Assembly (NCBI GenBank): GCA_000708835.1
Contig: DF236951.1
Span: forward strand, 310,101 to 374,100
Direction: 5' to 3'
From: Klebsormidium nitens
Lineage: Eukaryota > Plantae > Klebsormidiophyceae
Length of the DNA: 64,000 nucleotides
Positions 46,906-60,560 of this stretch are shown piece after piece (positions within the stretch are counted from its first letter, which is position 1; every line of letters begins with the position of its first letter). A program made the translations under genes and the position numbers. Below the pieces are notes generated by a model. That model was not told the origin of the DNA. It ran no database searches and was given only the letters and a program-made list of their open reading frames with translations.

Positions 46906-49900
46906 ATGGAACAAGAGACTGAGGCGCCCTTGCAGGCTAGCAATGACACGATTGGACGTGAAAATGTAACATGTGATGAACGTGAGGTGAGGTCTCTGAT
47001 CCTCAAGGAGCTCTGCAAGGCTGGACAAGCCTTCAGACCTTTTAACAAAGGCTGGCCACCTCTCCCTCCTCTTGCCGCAATATTCCTAGGCCATCATATA
47101 TGCATGTGTACATGTTGGCCTTATAATCTGCACGGAGTCAGAAAAGGCGGGTGATTGCCTGTTTCTCAACGACCGCCAGCTCACTAGTGGCCAGCTCGTC
47201 AAAGAAAATGGGTTGGCCCACTTGTGTCTTTTACAAGAACCAATTTTGAGCTCGCCCCAACTCGCTATTCATCAAATGAGGTCTCTCACGGTACTCGTAA
47301 GAGGATGTCTGGTCCAACATAAGCTGAATCTGGATACATCTGGCTTCTTCTAACCACAGCCCTTGGAAGAGGTGTTCCTCCGGGAGTCATTCCAGCAGTG
47401 CAAGAATGGACGGGCGCTGGTGAAGGATCTGCTTTTGAGACTGGGTAAGAAGCAGCAACCTAACCTCAGAACCGTGCCCCTGCAGTAAGTTTGACAGTAA
47501 CATTGTCACAAATAGAATCTTTGCAATCTTTCAGAATACTTTAGACAAGAGATTAGTCTACCAGCCTCTGGCCCATGTCTTACCATTGGTTGTCAACACA
47601 GTTTGCAGAGGATTTTTTTGAACCAATGTAAGGCGTTGCACTGTCGATAGCAGATTAAGGGGCCTCCACTTGAACTCACATGAATCCATTCAGGCACAGG
47701 CTCTGAATCTCAAGGCACGAAGCTGACTCCGGTCCGTGTTGCATCCAGACCAAGGTCGGGCTGCCTTGCAAGACACTGCACAGCTGCTGAAAGGAGTGGC
47801 AGGGGCAGAGGGCGCATATGCCAAAGCGTACAAGAAGCTGGGCAAAGAGTCGCTGAGCAAGGGGGAAGGACCGTGAGGCCCCTTTCCCTGTACATCTTGA
47901 GTATACAAGGGTATCTGGTAGCGGACCTCTGCATAACACGCTACTGCAACGCTCAAGCCCTTGAAGAGGCTAGGATACCACTTGCGAGGCTCTGGCTGAC
48001 TGTGTTGGTCAGCCAGAGACGCGTCTTGAATGCCTGCTGCGCACCATTTCTTACAGAGATGTGCAATCAGTCATCAAATTCTTTTGACCTAAATGCAGGA
48101 CTCTGAAGAACGCCACTGAAGCCGTCTGTGCGTACGCGCCTGAGGTCGCCAAGTGAGCTCATGCGCATCCAAGCTTGTTTTTGATGAGAAGCGGAGCAAT
48201 GCGGTCGTTGAATACAAGCAATGGTATTCTTCCGAATACAAACTGTGTTCACATATCAAGGGCGAGGTGCCAGATCCGACCTTCCATTGACAGCTTAAGA
48301 ATTGCTGCCGCTGTGATAAGCAACCTCGTCTTATTGCGTCCAGGGAAACGTCCGTCTGATCCTTCTCGTGCTGGATTTACTCTGCGAACTTTATGACCGT
48401 TCTGCTGACGTTGCGCTAATGTCTGCGCAAAGGGCGTACTCCGACTTCTCGAGCACCGTCAAGCGCGACGTGGAGCGGACCAGCGGTTCCGCGGCGGAAC
48501 TGGCGCAGGAGGAACAGGAACTGGTTCAGGAGTCTGGGAAAATACACACCGACGTACAGACTGCCTGGGAAAGCATGAACCAAGCGCTCCAAGCGCACAG
48601 GGACGCGTGCGCCCCAGATGATCTCCGCCCAAAAGGGTGAGATTCTGCAGGCCGAAGGAGCAGAATTTGCTGCTCGATACTTGCCAGAAAGGGGTCACAA
48701 TTTCAGCTCATCCTGTACGTCTGTTTGGGGAACATTCCGGTGGTATTGCAGGTCGTCACCCGTCAAGGACGTGAGTTCTTCAGATTGAAGAGCATTCAAC
48801 TTCCCAAAGTTTCTGCCGGACAATCGTATTAAAGACCCACAACCTTCGTAGTTCTCTCAAGTCGCTGACTCATTATTTAAAGCCATTTTCCTGATTATTA
48901 TACACCTCTCTTCCAGCGCTCAACAGAAAGAAGATCCTTGGCTGACGGAGCGGTCTCTAGCGGAAGCGCACCTTCAACTAAAGAAAGCGTTGGCAACGTA
49001 CCGGACCAGGCTGTCCGACTTTTTTGACGTGAGGGGGAAAAAAAGTTGCTTTCTTGGAAGATCTATTTTTCTGTAAAGTGCTCTTCGCGTCTCAAAGAAC
49101 GAGACGCCTCATTACCTCCCAACCTTGATGTGCATTCTCCCGCTTTCTTTGACCCTCTGATTGCGGGCCGCTCGGCTCAATACCCGCTATCTTACATCGA
49201 AACCCGTTCAGAGATCCGATGAGCTAATGTTTAGCTCAGGGCGTTGCTACAGAGGAGGACATCTATGGCCCGCATTACAGAATGACAGAGCCGACGAACT
49301 TGCGACGGGCTAACGAAGGGGAATTCTTTGTAAATTGCAGAAAGCTAAGATCTTGGACGGCAAATTGGTCGCTACTCTCCATTCGCTGCTCGAGTGCTAC
49401 ACGGTCGCAGTCCAAGCGCTCGCCGCGAAGACCCAAAAGGTCAGTCCCCGAAACAGACAGGTGTTTCTAGCCCTCTGTTTTAGAAAACATACGCTTCTTC
49501 AAGAAACGGAGTCCTTGAGCAAGCTTGTACTCGCTAGCGGTGGCGGGGTTCCGGTTTGGTTCTGTTACCGTGTGTTAGAAGCGTCACTTTTATTCGCTCG
49601 CCACAAGGTGTATGTCTTCCCTTCGCTGGTAAATCTTCCCCGTCAGTAGGTATCTGCCAGAACGAAAGCCTCGACCTTAATGGTACACGGACTGACCCGT
49701 CCCCTTTCTTCAGCACGTCGACTTGTTAACCGCCGCAATCGCTGCCATCGAGCCCGATACCGACATCGCAGCTTTTGAGAAGACGCTTCCGGTAAGAGTG
49801 CGCTTCACTCGTCAACGCGTGATGATGGTCCACGAATGTCAGCATTCCCGAGCAGCTACCTTTATGCTCGGCACTCAGCAAAGGCCTTCTTTTCTTTTGC

Positions 49901-51331
49901 AATCGTACACAATGAGATTGCGACGAAAACTTTACTCTTATGTCGGTCTCTGTTCTAAAAATTCGCGTTTTACGTCCGACCGCTTGCTTCTTGCCCCCTT
50001 CTTGCCGTCACGTGGAAACCACAGAATAAGCAACTTAGCCACCACAGTATTCTTCTCAGTTAGTCCCATGACTGAACCAATTTCAGCCGTTCTCAGATCG
50101 TGAGGCCACCAACCGAAGCACCGGAAAGTCCCCGCGACAACCCGGGGCAAACCCCCGCCCCGGGTGGCAAACCAGGTGTAAATGCGCTCCTCACGAGCCC
50201 CGAAGTCCGGAAAAAGGGCCCGGTGCTTCGGATGGGCCAAGTCTCCGGGCAGTGGAAGGAGGGCGTGCTGGTGCTAACCCGGGCCGGCTTCGTGCACTGG
50301 TGCCACGAACAGGAGGTGAGAGCGCCGGTCGCAATTCGGGGGAATCCGGCGGAACTAACCGGCGGAATGACTTGTGTTGGTCACGCGTTTCTGGGACTGG
50401 GTTGTTTGCTGGCCTCTTGATTGCAACTAGTAACGATTGAGTGCTGTCGTTTGTCGAGTAGCGATGAACATGAGCTGTTCGTCACCACATCTGTTTCGGC
50501 TCGCGTTTTTTGTCCACAGCTGTCAAGCTGGTCACGTGCGGTCTCGCAACGTGAACAAGCCGGAAAGATACGAAAACCTTCGACTAATCGCGATTGAACA
50601 GGACTGCAGTTCTGACTGCACGTTCCTCTCGTTGCAACTCCGTTTCAAAGCATCTACTTTGCTGCAAAGCTTGTAGCGGCCCTGCGTCTGTCTACTTCAC
50701 ATCACGGCTGACGCATGCAATTTTCGAGTTGCAGGACCTTCTCGTACCCGTTGCGGGGGCGACACTCTCGCTGTGCAGTGTTGAGGTGAGTCGCCAAAAT
50801 GCTGTCACTTTCTCAGCGTCATCTAGCTTGGCTTTGCCAGGTGTATGTCACCAATTTTGCCGTTCGGATGGATCTCAATGGTCCTCCGATCAGAAAGCCC
50901 CCAAAGAGAGGAGTGCGAAGTGTGCTTGTCGGTTGGCACCTTCTCGTAGCTTTTGTAACTTTAGCAGAGCCTACCCAGGCACGAATCAGTACCAATGCCC
51001 TTCACCGTTACCTCCTCAACCCACTACAGCTTTCTATTCTGGGAATCGCCCACCTGTTCCGAGTAATTCTTTGCCCTTAAGCACACCTGTAAACGTGCAA
51101 GGAGCCGAACTCTGCCCTCTGTAAGGCTTACCTAACGAGGCTTTGTTGCAGGCTACGTCTCCCCTTGAGTTTTGCGTCACCGAGACGGAACGCCTGGGGA
51201 AGCTGTCCCTGTTAGTCAGGCCGAAGCAGCGGTCCCTCTCCTTCAAAGCCCGCTCGGCGGACGAATGCGCCGCCTGGGTGGTTGCCATCAAAGAGGCGAT
51301 TGTCGAGAGCAATCTAGAGTCGCTCTTTTGA
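46906..51331 (+). CDS. BAR + PH domain protein (Slm1/Slm2-like architecture), ~428 aa
   Basis: Exons 46906-46986, 47360-47444, 47749-47872, 48099-48152, 48433-48636, 48917-49028, 49341-49439, 49714-49791, 50097-50315, 50735-50785, 51152-51331 (1287 nt). Helical N-half (LKGVAGAEGAYAKAYKKL, EDPWL); PH domain (KKGPVLRM...WKEGVLVLTRAGFVHW...LSFKARSADECAAWVVAIKEAI). Confidence 0.75.
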
Positions 51332-52934
51332 GGGGACTGGTAAGTGAATTGTGAGAGGAGGGAGTCCGTTAATGCCGCAGATCTCACACATGGAAAGATC
51401 GAAAGAGAAGCTCAAATGCAAATGCATGGATTCCAGACGCAAGTATACAAAAGTAGTTCAGCTCACAGTACTGCTTATGGAATACAGAATATTTGGCCCC
51501 GTATAGAAAGTCGAACTCAGGGGTGCCAGAGGTGCAGACAGGTTGACAAGGCGGAGTAAGAGCGTTGGGGTTTGACCGTAGACCCGCCAAGCCGATCGGC
51601 TATTTTGCCAAGTGCTCGTCTGTGATTGCCAAACGAGTGAATACGGATGGCAACCGACTAAGCCGGACGGCAGTCACTGCCCCTACGCAGGGCCTTACAT
51701 GACAGGCGTTGTTGTGACGACCTATGTTTTCGTCGAACTGTGTAGCTACTTGGAAGACATGCAACTTTGTGAACAACGTTTATTCGGGACAGGGAATCAT
51801 TGGGTGCACAAGATGCCTGAGACTCACATGGGCCAGAAGGACGTATTTGCAGATCCGGCATTATCCATATTATCCGAGTTTGAGCTACGGCGTCCCCATG
51901 CTGTCGTACAAAGCACGCATGCCATGTGCGCAGACTGCACGCAGGTGCCTCTAGCTTTTATGCAGCTATTGCTAGGAGCTAATCCATCATATGTGGGCCG
52001 CACTGACATCAGCGCATGCGGCGTAATGTTGACCCGGACGCGTTTGGAGATGTACTTTAGCATGCAGATTGAGGTACCGTCAGTCGGTTGTGCAATGCAT
52101 GCCTGTACGCCAGCAGATCTTCGCAAGCATCAAATCTATCATGCAAAAGGAAGGGAATCATGAGAGCTAGGGTTATGTACTATAAAAACTGTTCCGAAGA
52201 ACTGATATCATATAGATTACTTAAGCGAGCATTGTCTATAGATCAATTGTCAATCATAAGAATCTTGTATCCCTTCTGGTAACAATTCCAATACGACCTC
52301 GTCCCCAATGATGATCCACTTGTAATGTAGAGTAGGTGATATAGACCTCAAGCCTCAAAAAATGGTTGGATGTAAATGCTTTTGACTCGACTACGGGTAA
52401 TTTGCGGGCGGCGCAGCTATCGAATACCGCCTCAGCTTTATATACCATAATACTTGACGAAGCTCAATATGTGTTACTCCAACCAATTTTGAAGCTAATT
52501 TATTAATGCGCAGCGCCCCTCTCAGTCGCCACCGTCCGCACCCGTTGCTTTTGGCTCTATTCTCATCGTGCCGACCATCTCTAACACCCGGCCCAACGAC
52601 AGACATAAAGCCCCTCTCGCTCGTCACTGTTACATCATTAAGCCTATGGCCTATTGGCTATGGCGAGTACGAATAGTGACCATCATAACTAGACCGAACT
52701 GAGCCCCGCTGACTCCACCGGCGTGCCATTGCGCCGCTGCTCCGCCCCGGCCGCTGCTTCTGGAATCTCGAGCCCGTGCCCCTGCCCGCGCGAATCACAA
52801 ACAATAGCTTTGATAGTCTAACTAAACCGTGCTGCGTTCAGCCGATTCTATCCGCGCGGCGCGCCACCATCGTCACACCCCAGCTACTGTCCTAAAACCT
52901 CAATCACGAGCCCCCATCCTCGGCGCGAAGAGAA

Positions 52935-55900
52935 CTAGATCGGGCTGCGCCCCGCCGACTCGACTTGCTCCGCGCGGCGCCGCTGTTCTCCGAGGGTCAC
53001 TTCTTCCAAGATCCCAATCATGACCTCCCGTTCCCGTCCGAGGACCACTTCTAAGTGATCCGCGCCCTCGCAGCGCCGCAGCTCCACGTTGGCGTATTTG
53101 CGCGCGAGCGCTTCGCTGCCGACGATCGGACACGTGACGTCGGACGTGCCGTGGTCGACCAGGACTCGGACGCCCGCGTCCGCTAAGACCTGCGAATGAG
53201 GATGCGACCGGAAAGGAGAGTGCGCGATAGGAAATCCGTTCAATCTCTGCTTCAACCTCTCTTATTGGGCATGCGAAACGTTTGATTGTAGGAATGACCT
53301 CCAGACACGCTCGGTCATTGATTTGCATCGCAAAATAATTACATTCCTCCTCTCAATTTGCGTTGGAAGGTGATGGACTACGAAAGCAGGGCCTTCTCTA
53401 TTTTCTTTAGCTAGTTGGCCAATTGCATGTGAACGGACTCGGCAACATCACACGACACAGGGCCGGCTATAGGAAAGTAAAGGTGGGTTAATTGGTGGTT
53501 GGAAAGAAAGGAATGATCTAAGCAAGTTGCTGGAACAACCGAGGAAAGGCCGCATGTCGTCCTGCGGCCGGGATCGTTTCCAAAGAAGGAAGCCCCCAGT
53601 GAGGATCCTCAAGTCCTCAAGATGAAACCCGTGTTGCTCTTGCATTGATAGGTCCACCAAACAGATCTTTTAGAATCGGATTCATAATCATCTGAATGAT
53701 AGAAAACTAGTTAACCGCTGGTTCTCGTGTCCACGCTAACCAACCTGGTATGCCGAGTCCAGCGCGTGCCCTCCCCCGAGAAGCGTGTTGTTGAACATGT
53801 GGATCTGGACGTCCCACGTGTCGCGCAGGAAGTCGCTGATGAAGCTCGTGGGCAGCGACCGGGGCAACACGTGGCGCGCTGCCGCCTCGAGCCAGCTGTG
53901 CCGCGAGTAGAGCACCTGGCTGTTGAAGCGCGCGAAATGAAGGTACCTAAACGAGAAGAAAGGGAAGAACATGAGAAGGTGAATTGGAGAGAAGCCTTGA
54001 TGGGTGATGGGGGTATGAACAGAGAAATGGAGGGTATGACGAGAAAAAAGAGGGGTCGATCAGCACAGACAGAAGGGGACCCGCGCAGAAAGGGGCACAA
54101 ACCAGCAAAGAATTTGGTCCCCACATGAATCTATAAAAACGTGGAAGAGGCAGCGTAATTTTCAGCCGACAATTCTCGTTTTGCCCGTGCGTTTGCCCGG
54201 ATAAAAGCTCATTCGGAGGTAAGTTAAAGGAAGAACAGAAATCGGTCGTTACTTCGCAGCACGCATGGAGCGAAGTATCCCGATTGACGCAACTCCCCAC
54301 TAAGCTTTCCCAATCTGATGAGAGAATACCAGCATATTGTGGATGTCTGATTTGATACATCATACATAAGCTGAAGCCGTTTCGGCTTAACAAATTTCCT
54401 TAAAAACGACAAGCTTGCTTACGGAGCATCTAGAAAACTACAAATGTTTCTCTGAAACTCGAGAAGCTGCTCCAAAGTCCGCGCATGAGGTAAGCCTGCT
54501 TTCGAAAAAACAGATGACAAAAAGTCAACTCTGACAGCTGAAAAACATGTATAAAAGAGAACGCTCTGACCGTTCGCTCGTCACCTTTGTCTTACCAGCG
54601 AGGAATCGAGCTCAAGAACCGCTGCCACAACGCCCTCGGAAGTCGCCCCCACTTTTCCACCCTCCCGGGCGCCCATATGTTCATCAGTGCTTCGCAGGGG
54701 GGGATTTCGGGGGCGGCCATGTCCGCGTAAACGGGGGCTAATAATGTGACGGAACGCACCCGGGAAACGTTCCGCGCCGCGAGAACGACAGCCATCAGCG
54801 AGCCCATCGAGTGGCCAATGACGTGGAAGGCGCGCACATCGTGGCGCGCGAGGACGGACGACTCGAGGGCCTCCACGTGGTCCTGTGACGTCAGCCTGAT
54901 GTTAGATAGTCTTTGGGAGGAACGAATGAAAAGGGAGAAGCGGAAACCCAATTTGTGTTTTGAGAGTTCGACGGGGTTGCAACATTAACAGTAATTCGTG
55001 TCCTTCTAGATTGCCCGTCGTTCCGTAGATATTCCTTCGAATCCTTTCCTCCGTTGCTCAATCGCCATTTCAGGCTGGTCTCAAGAGTATTTCTATGGGT
55101 CCATGTTTGGAACCCAGCACACTTATCTGCACACCCGAAAAATGTAATTCTTTCGCCAAAGTTTTCACTCCAGTTTGGTCTTTGTGACACTGACCTGCTC
55201 AGCTGAAGTCATGATCCCCTGGAGGCCTGTGAGCTTAATAACAACTCGCAAATTTCTAATAATATAGATCTTGAAGAAGGCAGCAGGCAACGCTTAATTT
55301 TGAAAGCCCTACGAAGTTTGCCTTTACCTACTCAATGAGAACGGGGATTAGGTGGCCTGCTTGAGAAGACGGCAAACGCCACCCAATTCTCTCTCAGACG
55401 GTGGTTTGGAAGACAAATCCGCTTCTATCCATCGAGATACAATAGCAATACAGCACGCACATCACAGAAAGATCACAAGAATCAAGGATGGCCTTTCAGA
55501 GCTTCGATAGATCTCTGGCTGGACAGCTTTTGGGTGCATAGTCTGCCTGACTGAACATGCACCGCTCGGCACACGCGTCTCAGTAAGACCAAATAGAGCC
55601 GCTCAATTGTTGTATCAGGAGCACAGGAAGAAGTTGAAGCTGCGTTAACGTTGTTTTCCAGCACAAAGAATTCGAAGTTTAGCGCCGCCTCACCTTGAGG
55701 GTGTAGTGACAGTCATGCGGCCGGGGGCTCTTTCCGGTGCCTAGGAGGTCAGGCGCAAATATGCGCCGTGCAGCAAGCAGGGCTGGAGGGAGGTGCGGAA
55801 AGATTGTGTCCAACCAAAAGTTGGACGATGCGCAGTATCCGTGCAGAAAGATCAAGTCCGGCTTTTCTCTTCCACCCGACTCAGAGTTGCCCAAGCTTGG

Positions 55901-57103
55901 GGATAAGATATGTGAGACGCCCCCGTTCATAGAAAGTCTTTTTCCCAAGGGGCTTGGGAGAAGCTTTTGAGATTCAAACCCCCCTTCTTTCTTTCTGACA
56001 TCTATCGCCACGACTTTGGTCGTTTTCAGCTCCCCGTTTCTAATCACTCCATTCCTCCCGCCATGACTGTCGACAAGTTTCTGATCCCCCCTGGCCGCTT
56101 TGATCCCGGTTCTGGGCCCACTCTCTTTGGTAGCGTTCAAATTAGCCCCCGCGTCAGCCCTCCTCTTTACGCCCCGCCCAATCTGTCGCACGAAGAGCGT
56201 CCGGTGACTTTGCATCCGAACTTCCTTACAGTGCGGACACTGGCAATCGGACCAACGCCCCACGTACACACGCTTGGTTGACCCTCTCCCTTTCCTAGTT
56301 GCTCTTGACTTTTGTGTTTGCCCGCCGGACTTGTCAGGATTGTTGGGGAATCCTGACGTTGCAGCATATTTATGGCGGACCTGCCCGTCGTGAAGCAATG
56401 AGTCAGCAGTTTTGGCATCTGAGCTAGACCCGGCGAGGTTCACAGGAAAGCTGAATTCAGAGGGCGCCGGAGGTCGATCCTGAACTGGGGGGGTTTGCGC
56501 AGCGGGACTCTGATCTGGAGTTTCTCCGGGGGAGTGCAACACCGGGTTGGTTTTCTGGGCTTTCATAACAGAGGGGTCTCCAGCATCTGGGGCGCCCGCT
56601 AAAGGATCCACTTCTGCGGGCAGTGTAGGCTGGGGGCTTTTCACACCACCATCAGTTGGTGCATGCAGCCCGTTCCGATGCTCACGGTACGAGCGGTCCG
56701 CATCTAGTTGCCACCCCCAGCACGAGCACTTATGCCACCTGCCATCTCTTATGGCGCGCAGCCGGCGGGCTCTGCCGCTCTCCCCCAATTGCTTGCAAAC
56801 GCACACCGACAGCGGCTCCTTGGTGCACGTTCCCACCACCCCGTCAGAGTATGATCCGTGGCGATGCGAACGGGCTCTTCCTCCTGAATGATCAGACGAG
56901 CTTCGCCTAGCGCCGCCGCGCGATAAGGAGGTTTCAAGGGGGCTGTGCGGGTCGTAGTCAGCCTGAAGCAGGGCGTCAAGGCAGAAGTAAAACCAGCCCA
57001 GGCCCCAATCAAAGCAGTCCAATGTGGTGAAAAGAAAGAATGACAGGACTGCGAAGGCCGTCTGGGCGGCGCCCCATGAATTGCCTGCGGTGGCACCCAT
57101 CAT
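52935..57103 (-). CDS. BDG: BODYGUARD-like alpha/beta hydrolase, ~717 aa
   Basis: Exons 57103-55694, 54882-54596, 53946-53745, 53189-52935. BDG motifs RWSDCQCPHC, FLHGYCASSNFW, DLLGTGKSPRP..YTLK; catalytic GHSMG, HGTSD, GADH; N-terminal hydrophobic segment. Confidence 0.88.
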
Positions 57104-57786
57104 CTGAGAAGAAAGTGGACTCAGATCCCTGCTACCACCACTCTACAACCCAGTCCCTTTCCTGTCGATCAGCATCACACCCCAGATAAGCCAGCTGAGC
57201 TGGGGGAGAGCTCCTCAGATGAAGATCTGTACCTGGCCGCCATGTTTCTGCTGAGCGGCGAGCTGCCAGGCTTCATCGTAATGATAGCTTGCTCAGGACT
57301 GCATGATTCAAACAGAGATTGCGCGCGAACATGCGCGCACTTGAGCTTCACTCCAACTACCGCCCGGAGCTGGAGCTTGCCGGCGACCGGAGCAGCGCTG
57401 CCAGCAGGCTTTGCAGGCATGCAGAGCGCCGTCCGCGTCGCCAGCTAGGGCTTGAAGTTGAGGGGCATCCTGTTCGAATCGTGCCCCTCTGATCGTAAGA
57501 GAATTTCAACTACCTAGCTCTCAGGATGAGCGACAGGGCTTGCTGCATCTGATATCAGTTTAAAGTGGACTGATTGACAGTGGTGCCCCCATTTAGATCT
57601 CGTAGAAGTAGGGGCTCCTGCAAAGGTGGTGAATCTTGGAAGCCTCAACAAAGCTCGACATCAATTTGTGACTGCACCGATCATCTTCGTATTGCTCACT
57701 CAGGCAACTGTCCCATCGATGTGGAAGTTGCTTGGCGGTGGCACCTAGTGATCCGCATACAGATTGGAAGCGCAGATCTCTGCAAG

Positions 57787-60560
57787 ATGCCTGGGAATTT
57801 AACTGCCCACCAAGCTGAGGCGGCGCTTGGTCGGCCCCTCACCTGGCTGGAGCAAACATGGGTCATTCACACGGGGGGTTGGAAAGATTACGAGCTTTAC
57901 TGCCTCACATTCTTCATTCTCGTCGCCGGATACTGCCTGGGCAGTTTGCCGTTCTTGACACTAGACTTTCTCAAGATCCCCTTCTTTGAGAAGTATAGAA
58001 TACAGCCCACGTACCGGAACAGCTACTCAGCGGTGGTCGATTGCTTCCGATCGGTGCTGGGCGATATGTTCATGGTGATTCTGCCGCTCAACCTGACGTC
58101 CTTCCCCTTCTTCAGCGTGAGTCTCTCATCTACCTTTATGTAAACCAGCAAACACTTTGACCTTGTCATTGATCCGGCTTGATCACCATTCTTAAAGTGG
58201 TGGCCTTGCTGCTCCCCTCCCGGATAACTTTTCAGAAAGTGGGTTTTTTCTTACTGGGCGCACCATCTTTACGATTAACTGGAGTCCTTTTCATCATGTG
58301 GGCAGGAGCTTAGATCCCTCCGCAAAATTTCCAGTCATCAGCAGTGGGCAGTCTCTGTCTTTTGACGATGCAGAAAGGGACGTGGGGAGCTCACATGAAC
58401 CAGCCAGCTTGATTGCACTAGCCTTACATGACTCAGGAAGCCACAGTCAGCGCTGCTCCTGCTTTTGTGGGGGTTTACTGCATACTTGTTATTCAGGTGG
58501 CAAGGAACAGGTAAAAGGACAGTCAAAGGTGCAGGTTTGTGGTGGTTGAGGATTTATCAAGCAGTGGGAGAACTTTTGCTGGTCTGCCGGGCAGCAAAGG
58601 CCCGCTGTTGGACGCCTAGAAGGCTAGTTCAATTGGTTAGAAGCCATGGTGGCAGTTGCTCTTCGTGTTCTTGAACCAGCGTGCCCTCTTCTAGACCATC
58701 GAGGCCAGGGAAGTGGCCTTGCCTTGAGTCGGTCTCCCAAAGTTCCAACTCGCTCTGCTTCATTGCAAGACTGGTTTGCCAGCCCTCTGGATCCAAACCG
58801 CACACCCTTCCCCACTCTTCCCAGCTGTCATCATAAATGTCTGCAAGCGCCCCTCCTCAGCTCCTCAAACATCAACCAGAAGGTTCTCTGGAGCCTCAGC
58901 TGGCCTTCGAAATAGTTGCTTCAACCCAAAGCTTGCGCGCCAATCTGCACACTCATACAATGAGCTGATTGCGGCAAAATTATTCATAAGGAAGAAGCAA
59001 AGATGATTCAACAGACGCAACGCTTTCCCCCGCAGGTCGCCGGTATCAACGGCGGGGTGCCCCTCCCCACCCTCCCCGAAATGGCCATCCAGCTCGCGAC
59101 CTTCTTCATTGTGGAAGACTTCGGCAACTACTGGCTGCACCGTTGGCTCCACACTGAGTGGGCCTATAAAACGATCCACTGGAAGCACCACGAATTCACA
59201 ACGCCCATGAGTTTTGCGGCGTCGTACGCGCACCCGCTCGAGATCCTGATCCTCGGGATCCCGTCGTTTGCCGGGCCCGCGATCGTGAGGTGCCACGTCA
59301 TCACGCTGTGGGCGTGGATCGTGCTGCGCCAGTGGGAGGCCGTAGAAACGCACAGCGGGTGGGTTTGGTCAGCGCACCTTTTGGGCTTTTGTCATTTTTG
59401 ATTTGTTTTCTTTGTTGGCCGTGATCTATAAAATCAACTTCTGAATAACAATATGGGGGTTGAGCATTTGGGGCATCCTGCTACGTTGGTGCGAACGATG
59501 CCAGGAAGTTTCAAGTACGTTTAAGCAATCAGGGAGGACCTCGATCTCGTTCGTCTGTCTGCCCAGTGTTCTGCTGTCCAAGTTGGCCCACTCTCTGTAC
59601 GCTTTTGTGGACGGTGATGTGCCGCTGGGAAGCATGGAGCTGATCCCTGCAATCATCTGCTGCTGTCTTTGTATCGCCCGCCAGGATACTAGGCTTGTTC
59701 CTGCAAAGAGCTTGCTCTATGCAGATGTGAGAGTGCACGTTTTGGATGGTCCGGAGAACAAATGAGCAGACATGCGGATGGGCCTTACGATTCGCTTCTT
59801 GAACTCCTCTGGAACCAGGAAGATGGATACACCGATGAAAAGGCTGTAGCGTCCCAAGCCCTTCTTGCGTATCTCCTCGTTCGTCAACCCAACGTTTGCA
59901 CCGCTCAAGTCGTCGAAAACCAGCGATAATGACACCCTGAGTCTGCGCTCTTCGGTTAGTAGAACACTAGGACTCATTGGTCTGCAGGTACCACTTCCCT
60001 TGGAGCCCAACCAAGCTCATCCCCTTCTACGGCGGAGCCGAGTATCACGACTATCACCACTTCGTGGGTGGAAAGAGCCGAGGCAACTTCGCATCCGTCT
60101 TCACGTGGTGCGACTATATCTACGGGACTGACAAGGTGGGCTTTTTGTTTTCTTCATTGGGCTTCCGCTGAGGTGGATCAGCCAACGGGACATTGACCTT
60201 TCTTGTTCCTAGTGGGTACTCTGTTGGAGTCAAGAACGTGTTCTGCGCTTTTGCAGCCAATCTGTCCCTGCACATTCTGGAGAGGAAACTATTTTCTCGA
60301 GTAACCTGATGAATCAGAGTGGAAAAGTGGATGAGCTGTGTGAAATTGAAGTCAGAGTACTTTTCCATTTTTGTGCAACTTGAATAACATCCGACGCCTT
60401 CTGATCTTGTTTCGTATGCGTGCAGGGGTACCGGTATAGAAAGGACTTTGAGCTCCGGCAAGCAGCGGCAAAAGCCGAGGCGAGAGCAGCTGCGGGGTTG
60501 GGTTATAGTGTGCTTGCAAATGGGGGTCAGAAATGGGAGGACGTTGCGAAAACGAGCTGA
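57787..60560 (+). CDS. SMO1: Sterol C4-methyl oxidase (SMO1 type), 311 aa
   Basis: Exons 57787-58116, 59036-59358, 59988-60135, 60426-60560. His boxes [22 protein letters not shown]; N-terminus [13 protein letters not shown] is SMO1-like. Confidence 0.95.

Noticed and set aside
51612-52163. 183-aa GTG-initiated ORF with HAMCADC (deaminase-like CxxC)
   Set aside because: No HxE motif, codon usage unlike neighbouring exons, and located between convergent 3' ends.
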